A stretch of 35,254 nt of DNA. It comes from an uncultured bacterium (GTDB taxonomy: Bacteria; Latescibacterota; UBA2968). Each line of letters opens with the position of its first letter. The first letter of the stretch is position 1. This document shows, piece by piece, positions 27,464-35,254 of the stretch. The stretch spans positions 1 through 35,254 of the forward strand of contig CAYYGZ010000013.1 in NCBI GenBank assembly GCA_964471275.1. The letters run 5' to 3'. Position numbers and translations under genes: made by a program. The notes below the pieces were generated by a model. It worked only from the letters and a program-made list of their open reading frames with translations, ran no database searches and was not told where the DNA came from.

Positions 27464-28426
27464 TCACGCACAGGCAGGATCGCTCACTAACCACCGATTG
27501 AATGGTCCGTGATCATCCGTCGCCAGTTGGTGTCTGGTATCCTCCCACATTTTCTTCCACTCGTCCGGATCCCGAAGCACACGGTCCGGATTCTTGCGGC
27601 TCCTCGCCAGAAAGCCGGGAAACACCTCTCGCCCAGTCGACTCGCCGACAGGCTGATACCTCAAATCATAGCTGATGCGGACCCTGTCACTGACGTTGGG
27701 ATATGAACCGTGACTGGTCAGCCGATGGATCAGTAGCACATCGCCGGGCATCATCGGCACGGCCACGGTCTCTTCGCCGTTCAGCAGACTTTCAGGAATC
27801 CCCAGGCCATTCCAGCGAATGCAGTGCTTCAAGAGTCCGTCACGATGGCTACCCGGTCGCACTTTCAAACAGCCCATCTCCTCCGTGGCGGAGGTCAGAG
27901 GAAACCACACCGTAAGCATGTTCGTTTCATCAGCGTCATCGAGCAGAACCCCGTTGTCCTGATGCCACGGTGTCTCGATCACGCGATTGTCGACCGTGTC
28001 GGGTATCGCACGTTCAGGCGGCTTGATCCGGATATGCTGAACAGGCGTCGAATAGATCTCCGGGCCCACAAACTGCTCAGCGACATCCAGCAGCTCCGGC
28101 AGGCTCAGCAGCTTGAAGACCTCGGGACCGAACCAGAAGGGCGTATCCGCGACAATGTCCTTCTGCGGCAAAGAGAAGTCAAACCACTGAGAATGGACCT
28201 CGCCGCTCTCCGCATAGACCTTCGTCAGTCGCTCTTCGAACCCCAAGTCTCTGTATGTTGTCGGGATCTTGCCTTGTGCGTGGAGAGAGCGAACGAGTGC
28301 ATCAAGCACTTCCTCGTACTCATTCAGCACGGGGCGAAAATGCGTCTCGGGATCCAGGAGCCCACGCAAGACGACATATCCATCGATTTCATACTGGGTA
28401 AGCTGTTGATCTGTAAGCTTTATCAT
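27464..28426 (-). CDS. Phytanoyl-CoA dioxygenase (PhyH) family protein
   Basis: LTDQQLTQYEIDGYV, TPWHQD, LTVWFPL, GCLKVRPGSH, PGDVLL, HGS..N.SDRVRIS.DLRY. Confidence 0.9.
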   Translation of the reverse strand: MIKLTDQQLTQYEIDGYVVLRGLLDPETHFRPVLNEYEEVLDALVRSLHAQGKIPTTYRDLGFEERLTKVYAESGEVHSQWFDFSLPQKDIVADTPFWFGPEVFKLLSLPELLDVAEQFVGPEIYSTPVQHIRIKPPERAIPDTVDNRVIETPWHQDNGVLLDDADETNMLTVWFPLTSATEEMGCLKVRPGSHRDGLLKHCIRWNGLGIPESLLNGEETVAVPMMPGDVLLIHRLTSHGSYPNVSDRVRISYDLRYQPVGESTGREVFPGFLARSRKNPDRVLRDPDEWKKMWEDTRHQLATDDHGPFNRWLVSDPACA

Positions 28427-28522
28427 GACGTGATCACTGACGGCTCACGAGTCCCTCGACGATGCCTCAGGAAGACTCATTTTTCTCCATTGTGTCGTTG
28501 TGGTTTCTCTGGTTCTCTACGA

Positions 28523-29992
28523 CTAGAACGGCATCTCTCGCGGCGCAAACGGCGGGGTCGCCGCAATCGCCGCATCAAAACTCTTCCGCATCAGATCCCG
28601 CATCACATCCTGGTGATGGGGATCCTGCGACAGATCCTTGTGTTCCCACGGATCATTCTCGAGATCGTATAACTCGAACAGATCCTTCCCGTGATAGCTG
28701 ATAAATTTCCACTTTCGATCTCGATACATCGTCGCGTGTGTGTGGTCCGGATAGTTGATCGCACCGAAGAACTCCGTCCTCACATACTCGCGATGCGCAT
28801 CAGAGGAGCCGTCCAAAACACCTGACAGAGAACGGCCCTGCACCCAGTAGGGGATCTCGATACCTGCCGCATCCAGAAACGTTGGGACAAGGTCCACCAG
28901 TTCCACCAGCGAATCACTCACCTTGTCTTGCCGATATCTCTCAGGCCACGAAATCATCAACGGCACGCGGGTAAGTCCCTCAAAGAATCGACATCCCTTG
29001 AGCAGAAGACCGTGATCACAGAGCGCTTCTCCGTGGTCGCTCATAAACACGATGATCGTGTTGTCCTTCTCGCCAACCGCATCCAGGTGATCGATCAATC
29101 GCCCGAACTCGTGATCCACCTGTTCGACCATCGCGTAGTAGGCCGCCTGAATCAGCTTATGCTCCCACTCGTCAGGGTGTTGCGGCTTCGACTGGAAGTC
29201 GACGTTCGCATCCGTCAGTCTCTGCTGATGCTCGAGATCACCTTCCTCGAAGTGCGCGCCGGGCATCGATTCCGGATCATACCGCCTGAAATACTCGTAA
29301 GGGGGATCGAACGCGGCGTGCGGGTCGAAGGGATTGACGCTCAGCATCCAGGGCTGGTTCTCACGGCGGTTCTTGTCAATAAACTCGATCGACTTCTCGG
29401 TGCACCAGAATGTCTGGTGCAGGTGAGGCGGCACGTTGTCCGCGTCCTCCGTCGGCTCGAACACGCCGCCAAAGCTCTTCTCTGTGGCGCCCTTCCGGTA
29501 GGAATCCATCTTGTTATACTCGAGGAGCAGATTCTCGGGATTCGCTCCCTGCTGTTTCAGCCACTCCGCATAGTCGTGACCGTAATCGTTGGGTCCCTTG
29601 GGGGCGTGACTGTACTGGAAGTAGCCGTATCCATCATCGACACGATTCTCGCGCGCATTGGCCGCGCCCGCCAGATGCAGCTTTCCCACCAGCCCGCAGT
29701 GGTATCCGACGCGCGTCAGGAGGTTCGGCAGCAACCGTTCCTCATAGTAATCAGGCCAGGTCTCGTTACCGTTTCCGTTCACGCCAACAGCACTCGGATA
29801 CATACCGGTGAGGAAGCTGGACCTGCTGGGTGTGCAGATCGGGGACTGACAATACGCATGATCGAAAGTGACCGATTCCTGCATGAAGGCGTCCAGACGA
29901 GGCGTATTGACGTGGGGGTTGTTCAGCGCACCGATCGTATCGAACCGCTGTTGATCCGAGCAGTACCAAAGGATGTTCGGTCGATCAGCCAT
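28523..29992 (-). CDS. Sulfatase (formylglycine-dependent, arylsulfatase/choline-sulfatase-like)
   Basis: MADRPNILW, CTPSRSSFLTG (CxPxR), GKLH, DPH, SDHGE, ELYDLENDPWE. Confidence 0.92.
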   Translation of the reverse strand: MADRPNILWYCSDQQRFDTIGALNNPHVNTPRLDAFMQESVTFDHAYCQSPICTPSRSSFLTGMYPSAVGVNGNGNETWPDYYEERLLPNLLTRVGYHCGLVGKLHLAGAANARENRVDDGYGYFQYSHAPKGPNDYGHDYAEWLKQQGANPENLLLEYNKMDSYRKGATEKSFGGVFEPTEDADNVPPHLHQTFWCTEKSIEFIDKNRRENQPWMLSVNPFDPHAAFDPPYEYFRRYDPESMPGAHFEEGDLEHQQRLTDANVDFQSKPQHPDEWEHKLIQAAYYAMVEQVDHEFGRLIDHLDAVGEKDNTIIVFMSDHGEALCDHGLLLKGCRFFEGLTRVPLMISWPERYRQDKVSDSLVELVDLVPTFLDAAGIEIPYWVQGRSLSGVLDGSSDAHREYVRTEFFGAINYPDHTHATMYRDRKWKFISYHGKDLFELYDLENDPWEHKDLSQDPHHQDVMRDLMRKSFDAAIAATPPFAPREMPF

Positions 29993-31757
29993 TTGTGTCC
30001 CAGATCTCCTTCGCCAGGTCTTTGCCATTCACGGCAAGCACGGCCCCCTCGAGCGCAGGCTCCGCACCATCGAGACGGATCCGCTCCCCTCGCGCACAAT
30101 CCGCAACAATGTGCATCTCACCGTGCAGCCCCGGAACCGACACATCGACCTTGTGGCCAGCCACCTCTATCCGGCCCGGCTCACTCAGATGGCCCATCAC
30201 GTTCTCACCTTGTTCCGCTGCGATGATCTGCACAGCCAGTGTCCCGCGCCCCTGAGGTTCACCGTCTTCGTGCGTCCAAGTCAGCCGCATCACGTCATGT
30301 TCGATCCCGGTCTCGTCGATCACGAGTTCCAACTTCGCATCCTTACCATCAGGTCGGCTGGCATAGAGGGTTCGCAATCCGACGGCTACCGAACCGCGCT
30401 CGATCTGGATCGGATCTGTCAGGTCGATTGGATAGACAGCAGGGCCGGCCGGATTCGATACAACGGTCTCGGCGAAAGACACCTTCGCGTCCAGCGGTAG
30501 AACCAGATGAGAATACAGCTTTGTCGGCATCCCGCTCGCATCGAACGAAAGCCCCGTCGTCTGCAGGGGATTCGCCGGATCCTTCGGTCGCGGCGCGATC
30601 AGCGGGGCCCAGGTCTCCGGACCAGCAGAGAGAACCGCCAGCACTTCCGCCTCACGCTGAACACTCGCAACGAAGGGCACCAGATGACGCGATTTCGTAT
30701 GTCCATCCTCTTCCGTCACAGGATTCACACCGTAGGGATCACCACGTCCATCCATGATCAGGTTCATCATCGGTGTATTCCGGCCCTCGTCAAAGTTCAC
30801 GGTCAGCACTTTATCCATGTTGTGCCGGCTTGCACACGCTGACCCGATACTGAAGGACGACGTGATATGCTGGCTCGCCGTCTGCCCGGTCTCGTGTCCC
30901 CAGCTCTGACAGACCGTGCGTGGCACAATCTCCCTGACAGCCCGGACGGACAGCCGCAGCTTCTCGTCACACGAATGCCCTTCTCCGGACGGCTGCCCGG
31001 CCAGCATAGTCTCGAGTCGACGTCCGAGCCCCTGGCTGTTCCCTGTCAGATAGTCGTAATCTCGACTGTGTGCGCCACCCAATCTCTCGGCCGGATCAAA
31101 CCAGTTTGCCCCGATATCCGTCCAAAGATGTCGGATCGCCTTCTCCGCCAGATCGCGTTCCGTCTGTCTTCCGGCGTGGCAGGCGATCTTCTCGAGTGCG
31201 CCGAGATCGACATTGTAATATGTCGGGCTCAGATACTCGTGAAAGCCGTTAGCTGCCGTGTATCGGCACCATTCATCGAACGCCGCATATCCCTCTTCTA
31301 CGAGATCGGTCAGACCGAGCGCTTCGCCCACGGCAATACAGTTCCACGATCGCTTGACAAAGATATTGGTATATGTCACGAGCACTCTGTGTCCGCGGAT
31401 TCCAATGGCGTTCATCCGCAGCAAATCTTCCAGCAACGTCTTCGCCTCTGCGCTGATATCGTCCCGATACAGATTCCACGTCAGGATACCGTCGGCCGTA
31501 CAGAATTCGACAGCGTTCAGATCCTGGGGCCGATCGTTCTTACGATACCAGCGGTAGTTTCCATAGGTAGGGCTGTCTGGATCTCGATCCTGCAGCTCAA
31601 CAGCGGTCGTGTAAGCCTCGGTGATCTCCAACGCGTGTGTCCCGGAGGCCGATGCTTGATGGGCAAACGAGAACAGACTCCGTACACCGAGATCCTGTCC
31701 GGCAGACTGGAGTTGCTCCCACCGTTTGTCGAGTTCAGACGTGCTCTGTGTGGTCAT
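29985..31757 (-). CDS. Conserved hypothetical protein (helical N-domain plus beta C-domain, possibly lyase-like)
   Basis: About 590-aa ORF overlapping both neighbours. Motif-like segments YTNI, GFHEYLSPTYY and GGAHSRDY. Function not assignable by eye; start may be 31769. Confidence 0.6.
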   Translation of the reverse strand: MTTQSTSELDKRWEQLQSAGQDLGVRSLFSFAHQASASGTHALEITEAYTTAVELQDRDPDSPTYGNYRWYRKNDRPQDLNAVEFCTADGILTWNLYRDDISAEAKTLLEDLLRMNAIGIRGHRVLVTYTNIFVKRSWNCIAVGEALGLTDLVEEGYAAFDEWCRYTAANGFHEYLSPTYYNVDLGALEKIACHAGRQTERDLAEKAIRHLWTDIGANWFDPAERLGGAHSRDYDYLTGNSQGLGRRLETMLAGQPSGEGHSCDEKLRLSVRAVREIVPRTVCQSWGHETGQTASQHITSSFSIGSACASRHNMDKVLTVNFDEGRNTPMMNLIMDGRGDPYGVNPVTEEDGHTKSRHLVPFVASVQREAEVLAVLSAGPETWAPLIAPRPKDPANPLQTTGLSFDASGMPTKLYSHLVLPLDAKVSFAETVVSNPAGPAVYPIDLTDPIQIERGSVAVGLRTLYASRPDGKDAKLELVIDETGIEHDVMRLTWTHEDGEPQGRGTLAVQIIAAEQGENVMGHLSEPGRIEVAGHKVDVSVPGLHGEMHIVADCARGERIRLDGAEPALEGAVLAVNGKDLAKEIWDTNG

Positions 31758-32745
31758 AGACGACAACATTCCCGAAAGTTACATCGATGTGATGGGCAAC
31801 CAGAGCGACTCCTCCTGTGCGCAATGCCGTCGCGCTCTCCTGTCTCTCCTCGTAGCTCCACGTTGCAGGCTCCTCCGTATCCATTTCCCAGATCTTGAGC
31901 TGATAGCGCGTTACGCCCTTGCCATCATTCGAATCGTCTTCCGTGGTGCATCTCGCCTTCAAGTGATACGTTGCTTCCAGCTCAGGCTCAAAGATCCCGT
32001 GTCCGGTCATCCCGTCACCGTCGCCTCTGTAGAACTGGATGTCCGGTGCCTTGTCGCTTCCGTTCATCCACCGTAGCCAGGTGATCGCACCAAAGGGCTG
32101 ATACCCCCACTTCGGCTGACCGGGAGGGAAATTCCTCGCCCCGCCAATGACGTGTCCCTGAAACCGATGAATGACGCCGAGAGCATTTCCACCGCTTCGC
32201 GGACCGGTATCATCATCGACACGATGAATCGTCACACGTACATTGACTTCGTAGTCCTGCCAGGATCGTTCCCCGATTAGAAAGACGCGATCGTACCCCG
32301 TATGCAGCGTCCTGAGCCCGTCATCGCGTACTCCCCAGTTCCCATCGACACATTGCCCCGCTTCCTGCACATTCTCGACCCGTGACCAGTCAACCAGTGC
32401 CGGAAGCGGATAGCTACCCGTCTCCAACTCCACGTAGGCAGTCAGATGAACAGGATCCATCTCCTTGTATGTTGCCGTCAACGTGATCACATTCTCGCCG
32501 GGTCGCAGAACGTCGATCGGTATGTCGGCGTTGAAGTGGCCGGTTCGCGCAAGCCGCCTGCCATCGCCATACCCATCAGGTCGACCCCCTACCTGCAGCT
32601 CCCATTCGGGAAACGCCCCGTTGACCGAGCACGTGAGCGCGGTCAAAAACGACGGGTCCTCGACATCGCCGAGCAGATTGAAGTCGGCTTGCCCATCCCC
32701 AAGATGCCCGATCCTCTGCTCATTCCCGTACCAGAGATGGATCAT
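31735..32745 (-). CDS. Hypothetical protein with Ig-like and concanavalin-A/DUF1080-like beta-sandwich features
   Basis: GTGAG upstream of ATG. LRPGENVITLTA (Ig-like), WQDYEVNVRV and GGVALVAH..VTFGNVVV (jelly-roll signature). Confidence 0.55.
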   Translation of the reverse strand: MIHLWYGNEQRIGHLGDGQADFNLLGDVEDPSFLTALTCSVNGAFPEWELQVGGRPDGYGDGRRLARTGHFNADIPIDVLRPGENVITLTATYKEMDPVHLTAYVELETGSYPLPALVDWSRVENVQEAGQCVDGNWGVRDDGLRTLHTGYDRVFLIGERSWQDYEVNVRVTIHRVDDDTGPRSGGNALGVIHRFQGHVIGGARNFPPGQPKWGYQPFGAITWLRWMNGSDKAPDIQFYRGDGDGMTGHGIFEPELEATYHLKARCTTEDDSNDGKGVTRYQLKIWEMDTEEPATWSYEERQESATALRTGGVALVAHHIDVTFGNVVVYDHTEHV

Positions 32746-32759
32746 AATCTCACCTCAAA

Positions 32760-32806
32760 CTGAGTGCCCTCTGGCGCGATTCCTGGCACCAGAGGGTGTA
32801 TCGAGG
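32760..32806. repeat. REP-like palindromic element (same family as 20946-21056)
   Basis: CTGAGTGCCCTCTGG...CCAGAGGGTGTATCGAGG. Confidence 0.5.
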
Positions 32807-32872
32807 GAACGGTCTCAGGCCAACAAAGAGTGAACGAGCGTGTGGGACACCACACCAAACAATTTCGACAGC

Positions 32873-33937
32873 TCACGGGATAGCCAATCCGTTGGTCAAC
32901 GTGATTGGCCCACCGATTCTGTGCTCGTACATCGGCCTCTCCCACCTCTCGATCGCCTGCCGGTAGGTTTCCTTCTGTTTCCAGGCGTATGCAAGCTCGA
33001 ACAACGCAATGTTGTACCCTTTGTAAGGCACGATCTGTTCGTATGGCCACGCTTCAGAATTGACAACATACGGCGCGTGATAATCGAGGACCATCTCGAG
33101 ACTCAGACCGTCAATGCTGTATCCATAGAGATCCACACCTCGCCGAGCGGCGATCGCTGCAGTCAGCACCATCGCATTGACTGCGTATGTCGAGTAGTTG
33201 AGCGACTTGGTTCGACCGATCTCACGTTTCAGATGACCGTCGTCTGCGACCTGATCGGGAACCAGCCCGCGCCATTCATCGAAGGCACAGTCCAGATCAG
33301 AAACGTCATCTCTCACGATTGCCGAGATGGCCATCAGAACGACCTTCCAGTTCGCGAAGTTGTTCGTGAATTCCCGCTCGGTTACGCTTGTCGTGAATTT
33401 GCTGACCCAATCGAGCCAGGCATCCCACTCCCCTGGCTGCCAGGCTGAGGCACTCTCGCAAAGACCGCCCCCATAGAACATCCCCGGAATCGTCACAAAC
33501 AGCTCGATCGGCGACTGACCGTTCGTCAGTTCCGGCGTCATATACGTTTCGGAACTCAAACACCACGTACGGATCAGCGCCACCGCCTTGTCGGCATACT
33601 GCTCATCCTGCTCGAACACATACGCGATGCCCAGATCACGCACGGCATTCTCGAGCGCTATGGCAGCGTAGTAATCCCCGCGATCCGAATCCGGATTGAT
33701 CTGACCGTCACGCGTTTCCGTCGTACCGTCTGCCTTCTTCCATCCACCATATGGTGAATCCGTCCAGTATTCGTGTCGGTCCGGTCCCTTGCATGTAACA
33801 GTGACAGGCTCCTGTTCCATCGCCTTGCTTGCCAGCTCAACCACGTGCTTGTAGGCTGAGGCGTATGGCTCGTTCCCCGCCTCGACTTCCCGCTTGATAC
33901 GCAGGACATCATCCTGTCCAAAGAAAATCTCTTTCAT
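32873..33937 (-). CDS. Alginate lyase family protein (PF05426-like alpha/alpha toroid)
   Basis: Y....PY, DGQINP, YADKA..LIRTW...ETYMTP, NNFANW, DG.L.RE..RTKSLNYS.Y. Probable start MKEIFF (33937; ORF open to 34015). Confidence 0.8.
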   Translation of the reverse strand: MKEIFFGQDDVLRIKREVEAGNEPYASAYKHVVELASKAMEQEPVTVTCKGPDRHEYWTDSPYGGWKKADGTTETRDGQINPDSDRGDYYAAIALENAVRDLGIAYVFEQDEQYADKAVALIRTWCLSSETYMTPELTNGQSPIELFVTIPGMFYGGGLCESASAWQPGEWDAWLDWVSKFTTSVTEREFTNNFANWKVVLMAISAIVRDDVSDLDCAFDEWRGLVPDQVADDGHLKREIGRTKSLNYSTYAVNAMVLTAAIAARRGVDLYGYSIDGLSLEMVLDYHAPYVVNSEAWPYEQIVPYKGYNIALFELAYAWKQKETYRQAIERWERPMYEHRIGGPITLTNGLAIP

Positions 33938-34011
33938 TTCGTCATCCCGAGCGCAGCCGAGGTGAGGTCTCGACCATCTTTTTGAGGCCGCTCCGTGCTG
34001 CCGTTTCAAGC

Positions 34012-35254
34012 TCATCCCAGATATTTATGCGCCAGCGCCATCGCCTGCCCCTTCCCAAGCCGTCTCTCTAGCAGGGATGCAAACTCCTCAACAGTCTTCC
34101 CCTCAGCAAGCTCTCCCCTCACACGATCCTGCGCAGCAAATGCGTCTTTAGTCACCTGTTCTGTGTCCACCTGGCTATCGAGTATCCTGCGCAGTTCAGC
34201 CAGGATATCCTGGGCGGAGGGATCACCCACCCGATTCACAAACTCGCCAGGATCCTCACTCAGGTTGAAGAGAAGATCCTCATACCACGTAAAGTGAATG
34301 TATTTCCACTCGCCCTTCCGAATCATGAACGACCCCGTCACGTTCCCTTCGGAATGCGACTCCGAAAATGCCCAGCCAGGGAGTGCCTCAGGTTCATCAT
34401 CCATCAACGGGACAAGAGAATGTCCACGTAGGTTGTCTTTCGTCTCCGAACCGGCCCACGCCAGCAGTGTTGCCACCAGATCAACGTGAGCAACGGGCGT
34501 GTCGACAACCTTGCCGGCAGGTATTCCTGGACCGGCCATCACAAGGGGCACGTGAGCCGCATTCTCGTACAGATTGTTCTTATACCACAGCCCGTGCTCG
34601 CCCAGCATCTCACCGTGGTCGGATGTGTAGATGAAGAGGGTGTCCACCAGCTGCCCCTTCGCTTCGAGTTCCGACGCCAGCCGACCGACATACTCGTCAA
34701 GCTCGGTGATCATCCCGTAGTAGCCTGCCCGTGCTCGCCGAACACGCTCTTCAGGAACCGGTGTAGCCACTCGTTTGAAGTGTCGGAGCTCCTGGAACCC
34801 GTAGTGCATCTTCTCCAGGTCATCCGGCCTTACATCCGGCAGATCGATATCCTCGACAGGATACATCTCGTAGTGTTCACGCAAGGCGACGAATTTGGGA
34901 TGCGGCTGTCCCCAACCGACCCAATGTATCCACGGCTTTCCTACGCTGTCCGCTTCATTCTCTAGGAAGTCGATTGCCGTCTGTGTTCGTTTCTCATCCC
35001 CGTGCCGATCGTCCCTCGGCCGACCATCGACTCCCGGACGCTCGTTGTGACGGTAGCACATTGGATTCCGGAACAGAGACGTAATATCCGGTGTCTTGCA
35101 GTGGCCGTTCTTGACGTCGGTCTCGATGAACCCACGCTCGTAGTCATCGTGCAGGTCGAACTTCCCCGTCGCATAGCTAGCATATCCCGCCGCGGACATG
35201 AGCGTTCCCCAGGTCGGATGCTTCCCTGCCCACGGCGTCGAGTTACAGTAGGAC
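34012..35254 (-). CDS. Sulfatase (choline-sulfatase-like), 5' end outside the window
   Basis: Frame is open to the window edge. GK.D, QPHP, RAGYYGMITELD, YTSDHGEMLGEHGLWYK..LYE.AAHVPL, LFNLSEDPGE. Confidence 0.9.
   Translation of the reverse strand, partial: SYCNSTPWAGKHPTWGTLMSAAGYASYATGKFDLHDDYERGFIETDVKNGHCKTPDITSLFRNPMCYRHNERPGVDGRPRDDRHGDEKRTQTAIDFLENEADSVGKPWIHWVGWGQPHPKFVALREHYEMYPVEDIDLPDVRPDDLEKMHYGFQELRHFKRVATPVPEERVRRARAGYYGMITELDEYVGRLASELEAKGQLVDTLFIYTSDHGEMLGEHGLWYKNNLYENAAHVPLVMAGPGIPAGKVVDTPVAHVDLVATLLAWAGSETKDNLRGHSLVPLMDDEPEALPGWAFSESHSEGNVTGSFMIRKGEWKYIHFTWYEDLLFNLSEDPGEFVNRVGDPSAQDILAELRRILDSQVDTEQVTKDAFAAQDRVRGELAEGKTVEEFASLLERRLGKGQAMALAHKYLG

Noticed and set aside
28928..31898. 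Long plus-strand ORFs (28928..30226, 30867..31898; likewise 7009..7953, 27824..28672, 5851..6627)
   Set aside because: Antisense shadows of well-supported minus-strand genes, as expected in GC-rich DNA.

Overview
A moderately GC-rich bacterial scaffold with two N-gaps (19949-20048 and 27358-27367). It is almost entirely a minus-strand array of catabolic enzyme genes: 5 Gfo/Idh/MocA dehydrogenases, 3 sulfatases, 3 PhyH-type Fe(II)/2-oxoglutarate dioxygenases, 2 SDRs, 2 enolase-superfamily acid-sugar dehydratases, a GH4 glycosidase, two BNR/Asp-box proteins, an alginate-lyase-family protein, sugar-phosphate-isomerase TIM barrels, a polysaccharide deacetylase and several hydrolases. The only transporter candidate is a DUF6785/DUF6784-like polytopic membrane protein. 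This gene content resembles marine Latescibacterota/Poribacteria-type genomes (inference). I saw no rRNA, tRNA, CRISPR array, transposase, defence gene or transcription regulator. Reading beyond the ORF track shows four further things. (i) A decaying operon at 16549-18523 has an in-frame TAG, a frameshift and a deletion that fuses two genes. (ii) An internally deleted SRPBCC pseudogene lies at 13279-13515. (iii) Several families of short intergenic repeats are present. (iv) The cluster may be a cytoplasmic, redox/elimination-based breakdown system for sulfated or acidic glycans. All family calls come from motif recognition by eye, not from database searches.
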